From a virus: a DNA stretch of 64,000 bases. The translations under genes were made by a program, and so were the position numbers. A model generated the notes under the pieces. That model was given only the letters and a program-made list of their open reading frames with translations. It had not been told where the DNA came from and made no database searches. The stretch spans positions 32,001-96,000 of IMG/VR virus record IMGVR_UViG_3300045988_025287. The stretch is one strand, 5' to 3'. This document shows positions 26,881-35,204 of the stretch, in pieces. Each line of letters starts with the position of its first letter. The stretch's first letter is position 1.

Positions 26881-26951
26881 TCTCATGTAGCTCAGTGGTA
26901 GAGCCGCTACTATGTAGTGTGAACGCGTTGGTTCGAGTCCAACCATGAGAT
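26881..26951 (+). ncRNA. tRNA-like element with aberrant anticodon arm (loop contains CUA)
   Basis: Good acceptor TCTCATG/CATGAGA, D arm GCTC-AGTGGTA-GAGC and T arm GTTGG-TTCGAGT-CCAAC. The anticodon region CGCTA-CTATG-TAGTG gives a 5-nt loop, or a 7-nt loop ACUAUGU with C at position 33. Confidence 0.5.
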
Positions 26952-26973
26952 CTAACTTTTAAATACTTATAAT

Positions 26974-28953
26974 ATGATTATACGAGGAAAGATAGTCTAC
27001 GTATATGATATTGAGGTATTTCAAAATATCTTTCATTGTTCGGTAAAAAATACAGAAACAAACGACATCTATAAGTTTGAGATATCAGAGAGGAAAAATC
27101 AACTAAGAGAATTAGTTAAATTCTTTAAACAGGTAGATAAATATATTACTTGGGGAGATTATTATACTACAAATATTAATATTCCAGCAAATATTATATT
27201 CTGTGGTTATAATAACTTGCATTATGATAATCCTATAATCAATTATATAATTGAATATGAAGATAAATTAATGCAATATAATATACCTACTATATGTAGT
27301 TCTATATTTAACCTAAGTAAAACTATAACTACTTCGAGTGAAGATAATATAGATGCATGGAAGCATTGGAAGTATCAGATATGGTTTGATACTTTTGATA
27401 TTCTTACTATGTTATATTCTAATAAACTTAGAGTAGGTTTAAAGGAAATTCAAGTAACAATGCAATATCCTAATGTACAGGAATTTGTATGTGATTGGAC
27501 TAAACCTCTTCCTTTAGAAGATTTTGACTCTATGATAGATTATAATATTAATGATATTGAATCTACTTCAGAATTATTAAATAGATGTAAGAAAGACATT
27601 GATTTACGAATCGCTATTGAAGATGAGTATGGAGTAAGAGTACTTAGTAAAGATGGCGTAAATATTGGAATAAAGATTTTAACTCAGAAATATCTAGAAA
27701 AGACAGGTTTAACTTGGCAGGATATTAAAGATTTAAGATCTCCAATGAGTGTAATACCATTGAAAGATGTAATATTACCATTTATTAAATATGATAGCCC
27801 TATTCTGCAAAGAGTATTAGATGATATGAAAAATCAGATAGTATCTCCAGGTAGAAAAGGATATGAGAATAAGTTTGTATTTAATAATTTACGCTATTCT
27901 GTAGGAGTAGGAGGTATTCATTCTGTGAATAGTCCTGAAATCATTATTCCTAGAGATGATGAAATGCTTATAGATATAGATGTAGCTTCTCTATACCCAA
28001 GTATGCTTATAGAATATGAATTCTATCCTAAACATTTAGGTAAAGAATTCCTAGAAGTATATAAGCAAATTAAAGATGAGCGAATTGAAGCTAAACACAA
28101 CGGCGATAAAGTAAAAAATGAAACTTTAAAGTTAGCTTTAAATGGTTTATCAGGTAACTTACAGAATGAACATAATTTCTGTTATGCCCCCGAAGCTGCT
28201 ATGAAAATTAGAATCAACGGACAGTTACTATTACTTATGTTAGCTGAAAAATTAACTCAAATTGGATGCCGAATCGTCCAAGCAAATACTGATGGTTTAT
28301 TCGTCTTACTAAAGAAAGATATATATTCTAAAGTAAACAGTATTTGTAGAGAATGGGAACAGCTTACTAAACTTACTTTAGAAGAAGATCGTTTTAAAGC
28401 AATGTATCAATATGCTATTAATGATTATTTTGCTATTACTGAAGATAACAAAGTAAAAGAGAAAGGAATGTTTATTACTACTGTAAAATTAGGTAAAGGA
28501 TTAACTCCAAAGATTATACCTAAAGCAGTAATAAGTTTCTTTAAAGATGGAATATCAGTTGAAGATACAATTAAGAATTGTACAGATATAAGAGATTTTC
28601 TAATGTCTGAGAAAACTGGTAAACAATGGCATGTTGAATATATGAACGAGGAGCAACAAAGAACTAATCGTTTCTACGCATCTACTAATGGTGGATACTT
28701 GTGGAAATGGAAAGATACTGGTCATAAAGAAGGTGAAATTATAACATATACTGAGCCATACGTAGGAGAACGTAAATATAAGGCTTCTGCAAGACAGTAT
28801 CAGAATATGCTTACTGCATCTGGTGTTACTCTTCTAAATAAATTTGATAATAAACCAATTGAAGAAAGAAAGATTAATTATAGGTATTATATTATGGAAG
28901 CCTATAAGATAATCAGAGATTTAAAACCGTTACAATTGAGCCTATGGGATTAA
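26974..28953 (+). CDS. Family B DNA polymerase
   Basis: Exo I DIEVF, Exo II NNLHYDNPII, Exo III YNINDIES. Pol motif A DVASLYPS, motif B KLALNGLSGN, motif C QANTDGLFV. Confidence 0.9.
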   Translation: MIIRGKIVYVYDIEVFQNIFHCSVKNTETNDIYKFEISERKNQLRELVKFFKQVDKYITWGDYYTTNINIPANIIFCGYNNLHYDNPIINYIIEYEDKLMQYNIPTICSSIFNLSKTITTSSEDNIDAWKHWKYQIWFDTFDILTMLYSNKLRVGLKEIQVTMQYPNVQEFVCDWTKPLPLEDFDSMIDYNINDIESTSELLNRCKKDIDLRIAIEDEYGVRVLSKDGVNIGIKILTQKYLEKTGLTWQDIKDLRSPMSVIPLKDVILPFIKYDSPILQRVLDDMKNQIVSPGRKGYENKFVFNNLRYSVGVGGIHSVNSPEIIIPRDDEMLIDIDVASLYPSMLIEYEFYPKHLGKEFLEVYKQIKDERIEAKHNGDKVKNETLKLALNGLSGNLQNEHNFCYAPEAAMKIRINGQLLLLMLAEKLTQIGCRIVQANTDGLFVLLKKDIYSKVNSICREWEQLTKLTLEEDRFKAMYQYAINDYFAITEDNKVKEKGMFITTVKLGKGLTPKIIPKAVISFFKDGISVEDTIKNCTDIRDFLMSEKTGKQWHVEYMNEEQQRTNRFYASTNGGYLWKWKDTGHKEGEIITYTEPYVGERKYKASARQYQNMLTASGVTLLNKFDNKPIEERKINYRYYIMEAYKIIRDLKPLQLSLWD

Positions 28954-28961
28954 CAGAGGCT

Positions 28962-28980
28962 TATCAGATATATTTCAGAT
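28962..28980 (+). promoter_or_regulatory. T(A/T)TCAGAT repeats, 10-nt phase
   Basis: TATCAGATATATTTCAGAT, 31-49 nt upstream of gene 29011. Related to the TATCAGAA repeats. Confidence 0.4.
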
Positions 28981-29010
28981 AAACCATAAGCTTATATAAT
29001 ATATAAGACT

Positions 29011-29580
29011 ATGATTTTAGAAATAGACACTTCTATCTTAGATAGAATACCAAAACTATCTATTAATCAATTAGTATTCCTAACACTTGTATTGAATGAT
29101 ATCAAAACAATCAATCAAGACATTCAGAGACTTCTCAGCCTAGTTAATGAAGAAGAAATACAAGAGTTAGAGACTCAAGGTTTAATCTCTATCCAGTATG
29201 ATAGAGATACTCAAGTCATAAGTAAAACAGAGAAACTAGAAGAACTTCTTAAAGAAGATAAAGCTATGTTTGATATGTTCTATGACCAATTTCCAGTTTA
29301 TGTTATGAGACCTGATGGAACTAAAGGATTTCTCAGAGCTAATGTAAACAAATGTAGGAAAGAATATAACCACATTGTAGGCAAATCTAAAGCAATGCAT
29401 GAACATATCATGAATTGTTTAAAATACGAAATAGATGAGCGTATGCGTACAGGTAAAATAGGTTATATGAAAACTATGTGGAAATGGCTCACTCAACGTG
29501 AGTGGGAAACTATTGAGGAACAAATGAAAGTAGAAACTCCTAACCAAAATTACTATAATTATGGAGAATATATCTACTAA
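29011..29580 (+). CDS. Hypothetical protein, possible replication initiation/organizer protein
   Basis: Intact ORF directly upstream of, and overlapping, the helicase gene. The function is positional inference only. Confidence 0.6.
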   Translation: MILEIDTSILDRIPKLSINQLVFLTLVLNDIKTINQDIQRLLSLVNEEEIQELETQGLISIQYDRDTQVISKTEKLEELLKEDKAMFDMFYDQFPVYVMRPDGTKGFLRANVNKCRKEYNHIVGKSKAMHEHIMNCLKYEIDERMRTGKIGYMKTMWKWLTQREWETIEEQMKVETPNQNYYNYGEYIY

Positions 29581-30347
29581 AACACTAACATTTAGACATA
29601 TATCCTCTGCTACTAACGAAGCAGTAGAATATATTCGTAAGAGAAAGAATCATGAGATTGTTTCTTTACGTACTAGATGGAGTAAGTTTAATAAATCCTG
29701 TATGGGAGGCATTGAACCTAATACTATATATACTATTGTAGGTATATCTGGTAGCGGTAAGAGTTCATTTGTAAATACGCTTGAAAGTGATTTAATAGAC
29801 TTAAATTCTAATCAGGATGTAGTAGTACTTAATTTTTCATTTGAAATGTTAAGTTCTAGACAAGTAGGTAGAAAATTGAGCAGTAAGTTAAGGCAAACTA
29901 CTGCTCAGCTATATAGTTCTAGTAGTGATTTAGACAATACACTATTAGAAGAAGTAGAACAAACCTCTCAACAGATAAAATCATATCCGATATATTATGT
30001 AGATACACCGGGTACTGTTGCAGATATAGCATCTACCATTGATTACTTTTATGAGAATAAAGCTAAAGGCAAGAAATTTGTGATTATACTTGATCATACT
30101 TTACTTGTTGAAGGGCAAAATCGTGAAAGTGCACTACAAGTGATTTCCGATTTACAGAAACTGTTTATTAGAGTAAAGAAGTTTCCTGATACTACAATAA
30201 TACAGTTATCACAGATGAATCGTAATATCGAAAATCCTGAAAGAATTAATAATCCATCTATGCATTATCCAATGCGTAGCGATATATCTTCTGCTGATAC
30301 TATCTTTCATGCATCAGATTACGTTATATGTATTCATAGGCCAGAAT
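29561..30347 (+). CDS. DnaB-like replicative helicase, exon 1
   Basis: Walker A GISGSGKSS, Walker B VIILDH, SQMNR. The ORF stops at IHRPE-TAA, exactly where a group I P1 helix places a U-G splice site (U at 30347). Confidence 0.8.
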
Positions 30348-31188
30348 AAATAAAGCTGTTCTGGATAAATCCCGTTAAACGGTGAAAACCCGATGGGGCA
30401 ACGCCGTACCAAGTTTATATAGAAATATATAAATAGTGTCTAACGACTAGTAGTGAAACTACCGCTATTAAAGCTATGTTAATAATTCTACCACGAAAGC
30501 GGGAAATATAAACTTATATATTTATTATACGTTCCATATATAGTAATAATTAAATATTCTTATATGGAACTATTAATAGACGGAAAGAAAATAAATATTA
30601 GAGATAAAAATAGAATAAAAGAAGAAAATAATACTATTCTATTCAGATGTACTATATGTGGTAAATATCTACCTATTAGTGAGTTTGAACTTCGATGGAA
30701 TAATAGTAAAACTGAAAAAAATAATGTAAGATCACAATGTAAACATTGTCGTACAGAGGAAAGTAGGCTATACCACTATTATAGAAGAAGGAAATATACT
30801 GAACAAGTAGTAAAAGAAAAAATGTTACATTATGATAAACTAAAACATGATTTAGAATATCATAATAAAATAGTATTATATAGATATGCTAAGAACCATT
30901 CAAAACGATGTAATATTGAATTTAATATTACTCCTAATGATATAATAATTCCTAAAGAATGTCCAATTCTTAAGCATGAGTTTATTTTAAATGATAAACA
31001 ATATACTTATTCTATTGATCGAATTGACAATAGTAAAGGATATATACCTGGAAATATTGCTGTTATTTCAAGATTAGCAAATATAATGAAAAATTGTGCT
31101 AACTTTGAACAATTAATATTATTTTCTGAAAATATAAAAGATTATATTAAGAAATAGTCTAAACTACACGTATAAGATGAAGGTGTAG
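30348..31188 (+). mobile_element. Group I intron (IA-like) carrying an HNH homing endonuclease ORF in P8
   Basis: Hand model. P1 30341-30347/30358-30364. P3 30371-30375/30499-30503. J3/4 UAA. P4 30379-30384/30402-30407, with A-rich J4/5 and J5/4. P5 CCC-GAUG-GGG. P6 8 bp with a GAAA loop (30414-30433). P7 GACUA 30445-30449 / UAGUC 31155-31159. P9 31164-31169/31183-31188. The 3' end is uncertain (31188 or 31202). Confidence 0.65.
30564..31157 (+). CDS. HNH homing endonuclease (intron-encoded)
   Basis: Intact 197-aa ORF. Cys clusters CTICGK...CKHC. IDRIDNSKGYIPGNIAVISRLAN is HNH-like. Its TAG stop coincides with the P7 3' strand. Confidence 0.85.
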   Translation: MELLIDGKKINIRDKNRIKEENNTILFRCTICGKYLPISEFELRWNNSKTEKNNVRSQCKHCRTEESRLYHYYRRRKYTEQVVKEKMLHYDKLKHDLEYHNKIVLYRYAKNHSKRCNIEFNITPNDIIIPKECPILKHEFILNDKQYTYSIDRIDNSKGYIPGNIAVISRLANIMKNCANFEQLILFSENIKDYIKK

Positions 31189-31418
31189 AGTGCAAGATAA
31201 AGAGCTTGCAGAGAATACAAATTGTGCTCAATATACAGAGTTATGGACCAAATCGTCTACCAGTAAGAGATAAAGTTTATTTGCATATTCTAAAGAATAG
31301 AGATGCAGGTGAATGTTCTATACTTGAGTTTGATAATGACCTTAAATACAATAACTTAATTGAGACTATACGAGAAGATGAACCAGTAAGGAAGATTTCG
31401 TTTAGTAATAACAATTAA
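31189..31418 (+). CDS. DnaB-like replicative helicase, exon 2 (start approximate)
   Basis: Carries VYLHILKNRDAGE, matching the DnaB C-terminal KNRxG motif. Frame is open from 31176. Joining U30347 to A31189 keeps the frame but creates a UAG codon at the junction. Confidence 0.55.
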
Positions 31419-31432
31419 AAAGGCTGAAAATT

Positions 31433-31948
31433 ATGAAATCATATACATTTACATTACCGAAAAATACTAAGAGTGCAAAAACATATAAAGAGTCTTTAAT
31501 GGAACGAGTAATTAATGCTTATCCTTGGATGACTGTAGAAAGTAAGAGTGATTATCCTTCTTGTAGCTATGGCATTGAATATGCAGGTGCAGGTGATATC
31601 ATTACTTTAGGTTTAAGTAAGACTCATAATATTGGATGGTTACCGAAGGAATGTGCTAATTGTCCGTTTAAGTGTTGGGGAGATAATGTAATTAATTTCG
31701 ATTTAGAAACAGAATTCTTCAAGGCAATTAACGCACTTGATATTTATGCAAAGGAACATTGTCCGTTTGATGTTGACTATGACTTTAAAGATGAGTTTGG
31801 TACTCCGGTTAAAATCTTTGATAACTTCGTACAGATTGGTTATGAAGTAATTCCTATTGCATTTGGTTCTTTGAACTATTTGAAACCGAAGACAAAGAAA
31901 ACTATTATTGATATCACGATTAATATTAAGAAACGTGGTTTGTTTTAA
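31433..31948 (+). CDS. Hypothetical protein (171 aa)
   Basis: Intact ORF. Confidence 0.75.
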   Translation: MKSYTFTLPKNTKSAKTYKESLMERVINAYPWMTVESKSDYPSCSYGIEYAGAGDIITLGLSKTHNIGWLPKECANCPFKCWGDNVINFDLETEFFKAINALDIYAKEHCPFDVDYDFKDEFGTPVKIFDNFVQIGYEVIPIAFGSLNYLKPKTKKTIIDITINIKKRGLF

Positions 31949-31969
31949 TTAAAATATCTTATTCCATTT

Positions 31970-31998
31970 TATCAGAAATTATCAGAACTTTATCAGAG
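31970..31998 (+). promoter_or_regulatory. TATCAGA(A/G) direct repeats (3 copies, 10-11-nt phase)
   Basis: Copies start at 31970, 31980 and 31991. They lie 25-53 nt upstream of gene 32023. The first 18 nt are identical to 23830-23847. Confidence 0.55.
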
Positions 31999-32022
31999 GA
32001 ATACAAAAAAATAAAAGCTTTT

Positions 32023-32763
32023 ATGATTGTATTACCAAAAGAAAAAGTAAAAGCTAAAGTAGAAAATCCTAGATTTTTAATAATTTTTGGTCGTCCTAAA
32101 TCAGGAAAAACTACTTTAGCAGCGGCTCTAGATAATAACCTTATTATTGACTTAGAAGGTGGTTCAGAGTTTTTAGAGGCATTAGCAATTCAAGCTAGAT
32201 CAGTAAATGAACTAGGAGATATAGCGAATGCCATTAGAGAAGAAATTAAAATATCAGGTAGTAAGCCATATAAGTATATTACTATAGATAATGCTACACG
32301 TCTTGAAGAAATGTGCATGAGTTTCGCAATTCAACTTTACAAAAATACTCAAATGGGAAAGCGTTATGAAGGTACAGACTTAAGAACCTTACCAAATGGG
32401 GCAGGTTATTTATACATAAGACAAGCTGTAAGAAAAGTTATTGATATGTTCCGTGGTTTATGCGACAATTTTATCCTTATTGGTCATACTAAGGATAAAT
32501 TAATTAACAAAAACGGACAAGAATTATCAGAGATGTCTCTTGATTTAGTGGGTGCATTAGCAAATATTATATGTGGCGAAGCAGATGCTGTTGGCTATGT
32601 ATATAGAAAGAAGAATGAGACACATATCTCATTTGAAGGCGGAGATAATTCTGTTATTGAAGCTAGAGCGCCTCATTTAAGAGGGAAGAATATAGTAATA
32701 GCAGAAAGCGATGAAAACAATAACATTACTGCTTATTGGAATAAAGTTTATTTACCTGAATAA
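32023..32763 (+). CDS. RecA-fold ATPase (AAA_24 / Sak4-like recombination protein)
   Basis: Walker A GRPKSGKTT, later ILIGH. Size and position (next to the SSB-like gene) are typical of phage Sak4-type ATPases. Family assignment is from memory. Confidence 0.6.
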   Translation: MIVLPKEKVKAKVENPRFLIIFGRPKSGKTTLAAALDNNLIIDLEGGSEFLEALAIQARSVNELGDIANAIREEIKISGSKPYKYITIDNATRLEEMCMSFAIQLYKNTQMGKRYEGTDLRTLPNGAGYLYIRQAVRKVIDMFRGLCDNFILIGHTKDKLINKNGQELSEMSLDLVGALANIICGEADAVGYVYRKKNETHISFEGGDNSVIEARAPHLRGKNIVIAESDENNNITAYWNKVYLPE

Positions 32764-32779
32764 TTAAAAATAAGATATT

Positions 32780-33409
32780 ATGATATTTAGTACAGAATTA
32801 GCAAATGAAGTAAAGTTGTCAGATAATAGTAATAACACTAAATACTTAGAAGCAGGTATTCATGACAACGTTAAGTTTGTATCCGCAAAATTTGCAGAGT
32901 CTCCTACAGGGAAGAAGTTCATTGAATTTACTTTTGAAAAAGATGGTAAGAGTCTTGTTCATACAGAATGGGAACCAGCTGTTCGCGAAGGTGATACTGA
33001 AGAACAGAATCAGAGTAAAGCTACTAACCAGGTAACTCGTATTATGCGTATACTTAAGTGTTTCTATCCTAAGAATGTATTAGCATTCAGTGGTAGTTCT
33101 TATAAAGAATTTGCCAATTGGGTAGTAACAATGCTTAATAGTGCTAATAAAGATATTTTACTTAAAGTAAAAATAGTTTATAATGATAAGGGTTATACTA
33201 CACTTCCTAGTTATGTTAAGTTTGCCTCTATTGAGCCTATGAATATTCCTATGGGTTTCTATGAAGAAGGTAAGAATGAAAGCATGATTAGAGAAATTAC
33301 AGGTATTGATCAGTTTACTAAGCCGATTGTTGCAGATAAGGAAGATAAGGAGGTTAATCCTCTTACTACTACTGTAAGTGATCAGCCTAGTGATGATCTA
33401 CCTTTCTAA
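32780..33409 (+). CDS. Single-stranded DNA-binding protein-like
   Basis: Acidic C-terminal tail ...DQPSDDLPF resembles the SSB C-terminal DDDIPF tip. Located in the replication gene neighbourhood. Confidence 0.5.
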   Translation: MIFSTELANEVKLSDNSNNTKYLEAGIHDNVKFVSAKFAESPTGKKFIEFTFEKDGKSLVHTEWEPAVREGDTEEQNQSKATNQVTRIMRILKCFYPKNVLAFSGSSYKEFANWVVTMLNSANKDILLKVKIVYNDKGYTTLPSYVKFASIEPMNIPMGFYEEGKNESMIREITGIDQFTKPIVADKEDKEVNPLTTTVSDQPSDDLPF

Positions 33410-33632
33410 TTTTGTAGATAATCCTATAAGCAGCCTACGCTAGGCATAATATAGCGATACGTGAGTAGCATGCCGCTATGTGAGATAAGAAGCAATCGAC
33501 GGTAATACGCCGAATGTAAGGTGTGACGGAGGTATCAAAATTCATAGAATAGGGATAGCATGCACTCACGTTTTTATGATAGTAATGGTTAATTAAGGTT
33601 CGATTCCTTGGCTATCACTAAAAATATATCAT
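33410..33632 (+). ncRNA. ORF-free G+C-rich island M with a tRNA-like 3' module
   Basis: 14-bp imperfect inverted repeat ACGTGAGTAGCATGC (33459-33473) / GCATGCACTCACGT (33558-33571). The 3' end carries AAGG-TTCGATT-CCTT plus an acceptor-like GATAGC.../GGCTATC (33554-33617), but only about 34 nt sit where the D and anticodon arms should be. Confidence 0.35.
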
Positions 33633-34604
33633 ATGGTTTACGATACAACAAAGATAAAAGATAATGTGAGTATTACTTTAGATTGGATATTATCTAAAGT
33701 AACTGAGTATGATATATATGCAGCGTACATTGGTAATTTTAAAGTAGGTATGATATATAATTCACCATTAAGAAAGGATAAGACACCTTCTTTTGGATGT
33801 TATTATAGTAAAAAAACTAAACAGTTAATGTTTAAAGACCATGGTACTGGAGAATGTGGTAATGTAATTAAATTTGTATCACTATTCACAGGACTAACTA
33901 ACTATTCAGATATACTTAATGATATAGTTAATAAACTTAAAATTACTAATGATACGAAACTCGTTAGCTCTAAGCAATATATACCGTCAACAGAGACAGT
34001 AATTGGTATTGTAAGACAAGACTTTACTCTAACAGATATCAATTACTGGTCTCAGTTTAATATTTCTACTACTACTCTAAAGAAATTTGGAGTAAGTAGT
34101 ATAAAATATTATCTATGTAACGGAGTTGTAAAGGGTATTTACAAGGATAGTAATCCTATGTATGCTTATAAGGTCTATAACAATTTTAAGATATATAGAC
34201 CTTTAGCAGATAAATATACAAAGTGGCGTAATAACCTGACTGAGAACGACATTCAGGGGTTTAAACAGTTACCTAAAACTGGAGATATACTCATTATTAC
34301 AAAGAGTATGAAAGACGTCATGTGTTTATATGAGATGGGTATTCCAGCAATAAGCCCATCATCAGAGTCTACATTTATCCCACAGAAATGTTTAGATATT
34401 CTCAAGAAGAGATTTAAGCATATTATTATAATATATGATCGTGATAAAGCTGGATTTCAAAATGTACGAAAAATTATGAGTAAATATAAATTAGACTTTC
34501 TGTTTATTCATAAGAAATTTAAATCTAAAGATATTTCAGATGCTGTTAAAAATAATTCATTCTTAGAAGTAAAAAACTGGATAAATAATGAACTAAATAA
34601 ATAA
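33633..34604 (+). CDS. DNA primase (TOPRIM type)
   Basis: IIIIYDRDKAG (TOPRIM DxD), an upstream acidic motif region, and an N-terminal Cys/His cluster CYYS...HGTGECG. Confidence 0.7.
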   Translation: MVYDTTKIKDNVSITLDWILSKVTEYDIYAAYIGNFKVGMIYNSPLRKDKTPSFGCYYSKKTKQLMFKDHGTGECGNVIKFVSLFTGLTNYSDILNDIVNKLKITNDTKLVSSKQYIPSTETVIGIVRQDFTLTDINYWSQFNISTTTLKKFGVSSIKYYLCNGVVKGIYKDSNPMYAYKVYNNFKIYRPLADKYTKWRNNLTENDIQGFKQLPKTGDILIITKSMKDVMCLYEMGIPAISPSSESTFIPQKCLDILKKRFKHIIIIYDRDKAGFQNVRKIMSKYKLDFLFIHKKFKSKDISDAVKNNSFLEVKNWINNELNK

Positions 34605-34640
34605 ATTTACGTTATCTGGTATATATAGATTCAATGTTTT

Positions 34641-35204
34641 ATGAGAAAAGATATAAATGGATATAAATATTATTATATAACTGATACCGGTGAAATTTAT
34701 TCAAAGAATAGACAAGTAGAAATACTAAATCCGAACACAAAACAATTAATGACTTTTACTAAAAAAGGAAGAAAACTAGCAAAAAAGATTAATAATTCTG
34801 GATATTATGAGGTATGTTTATTTGAAAATAACACTAAGAAATATTATTTGGTACATAGATTAGTTGCACAAACATTCATACCAAATCCTAATAATTTACC
34901 ACAAGTAAATCATAAGGATGAAGATAAATTAAATAATTCAATAGATAATTTAGAATGGTGTACTAGTACGTATAACCATTCTTATGGAACTGGTAATATT
35001 AGAAGAAAAGTTAATCAAAAAGCAAAAGCAGTAGTACAATATACTACTAATAACTCATATATTAATTCTTTTTTTAGCATAAAAGAAGCAGAAAGAGTTA
35101 CAGGAATTAAGTCTTATAATATATCTGCAGTTTGTAAGAATAAGAGAAAAACAGCAGGTGGCTATATTTGGAGTTATGAAAAATTAGATAAACAAGAAAG
35201 TTAA
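34641..35204 (+). CDS. HNH homing endonuclease (free-standing)
   Basis: VNHKDEDKLNNSIDNLEW...N..H motif. C-terminal ...KTAGGYIWSYE is typical of phage HNH/IENR-type endonucleases. Confidence 0.85.
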   Translation: MRKDINGYKYYYITDTGEIYSKNRQVEILNPNTKQLMTFTKKGRKLAKKINNSGYYEVCLFENNTKKYYLVHRLVAQTFIPNPNNLPQVNHKDEDKLNNSIDNLEWCTSTYNHSYGTGNIRRKVNQKAKAVVQYTTNNSYINSFFSIKEAERVTGIKSYNISAVCKNKRKTAGGYIWSYEKLDKQES

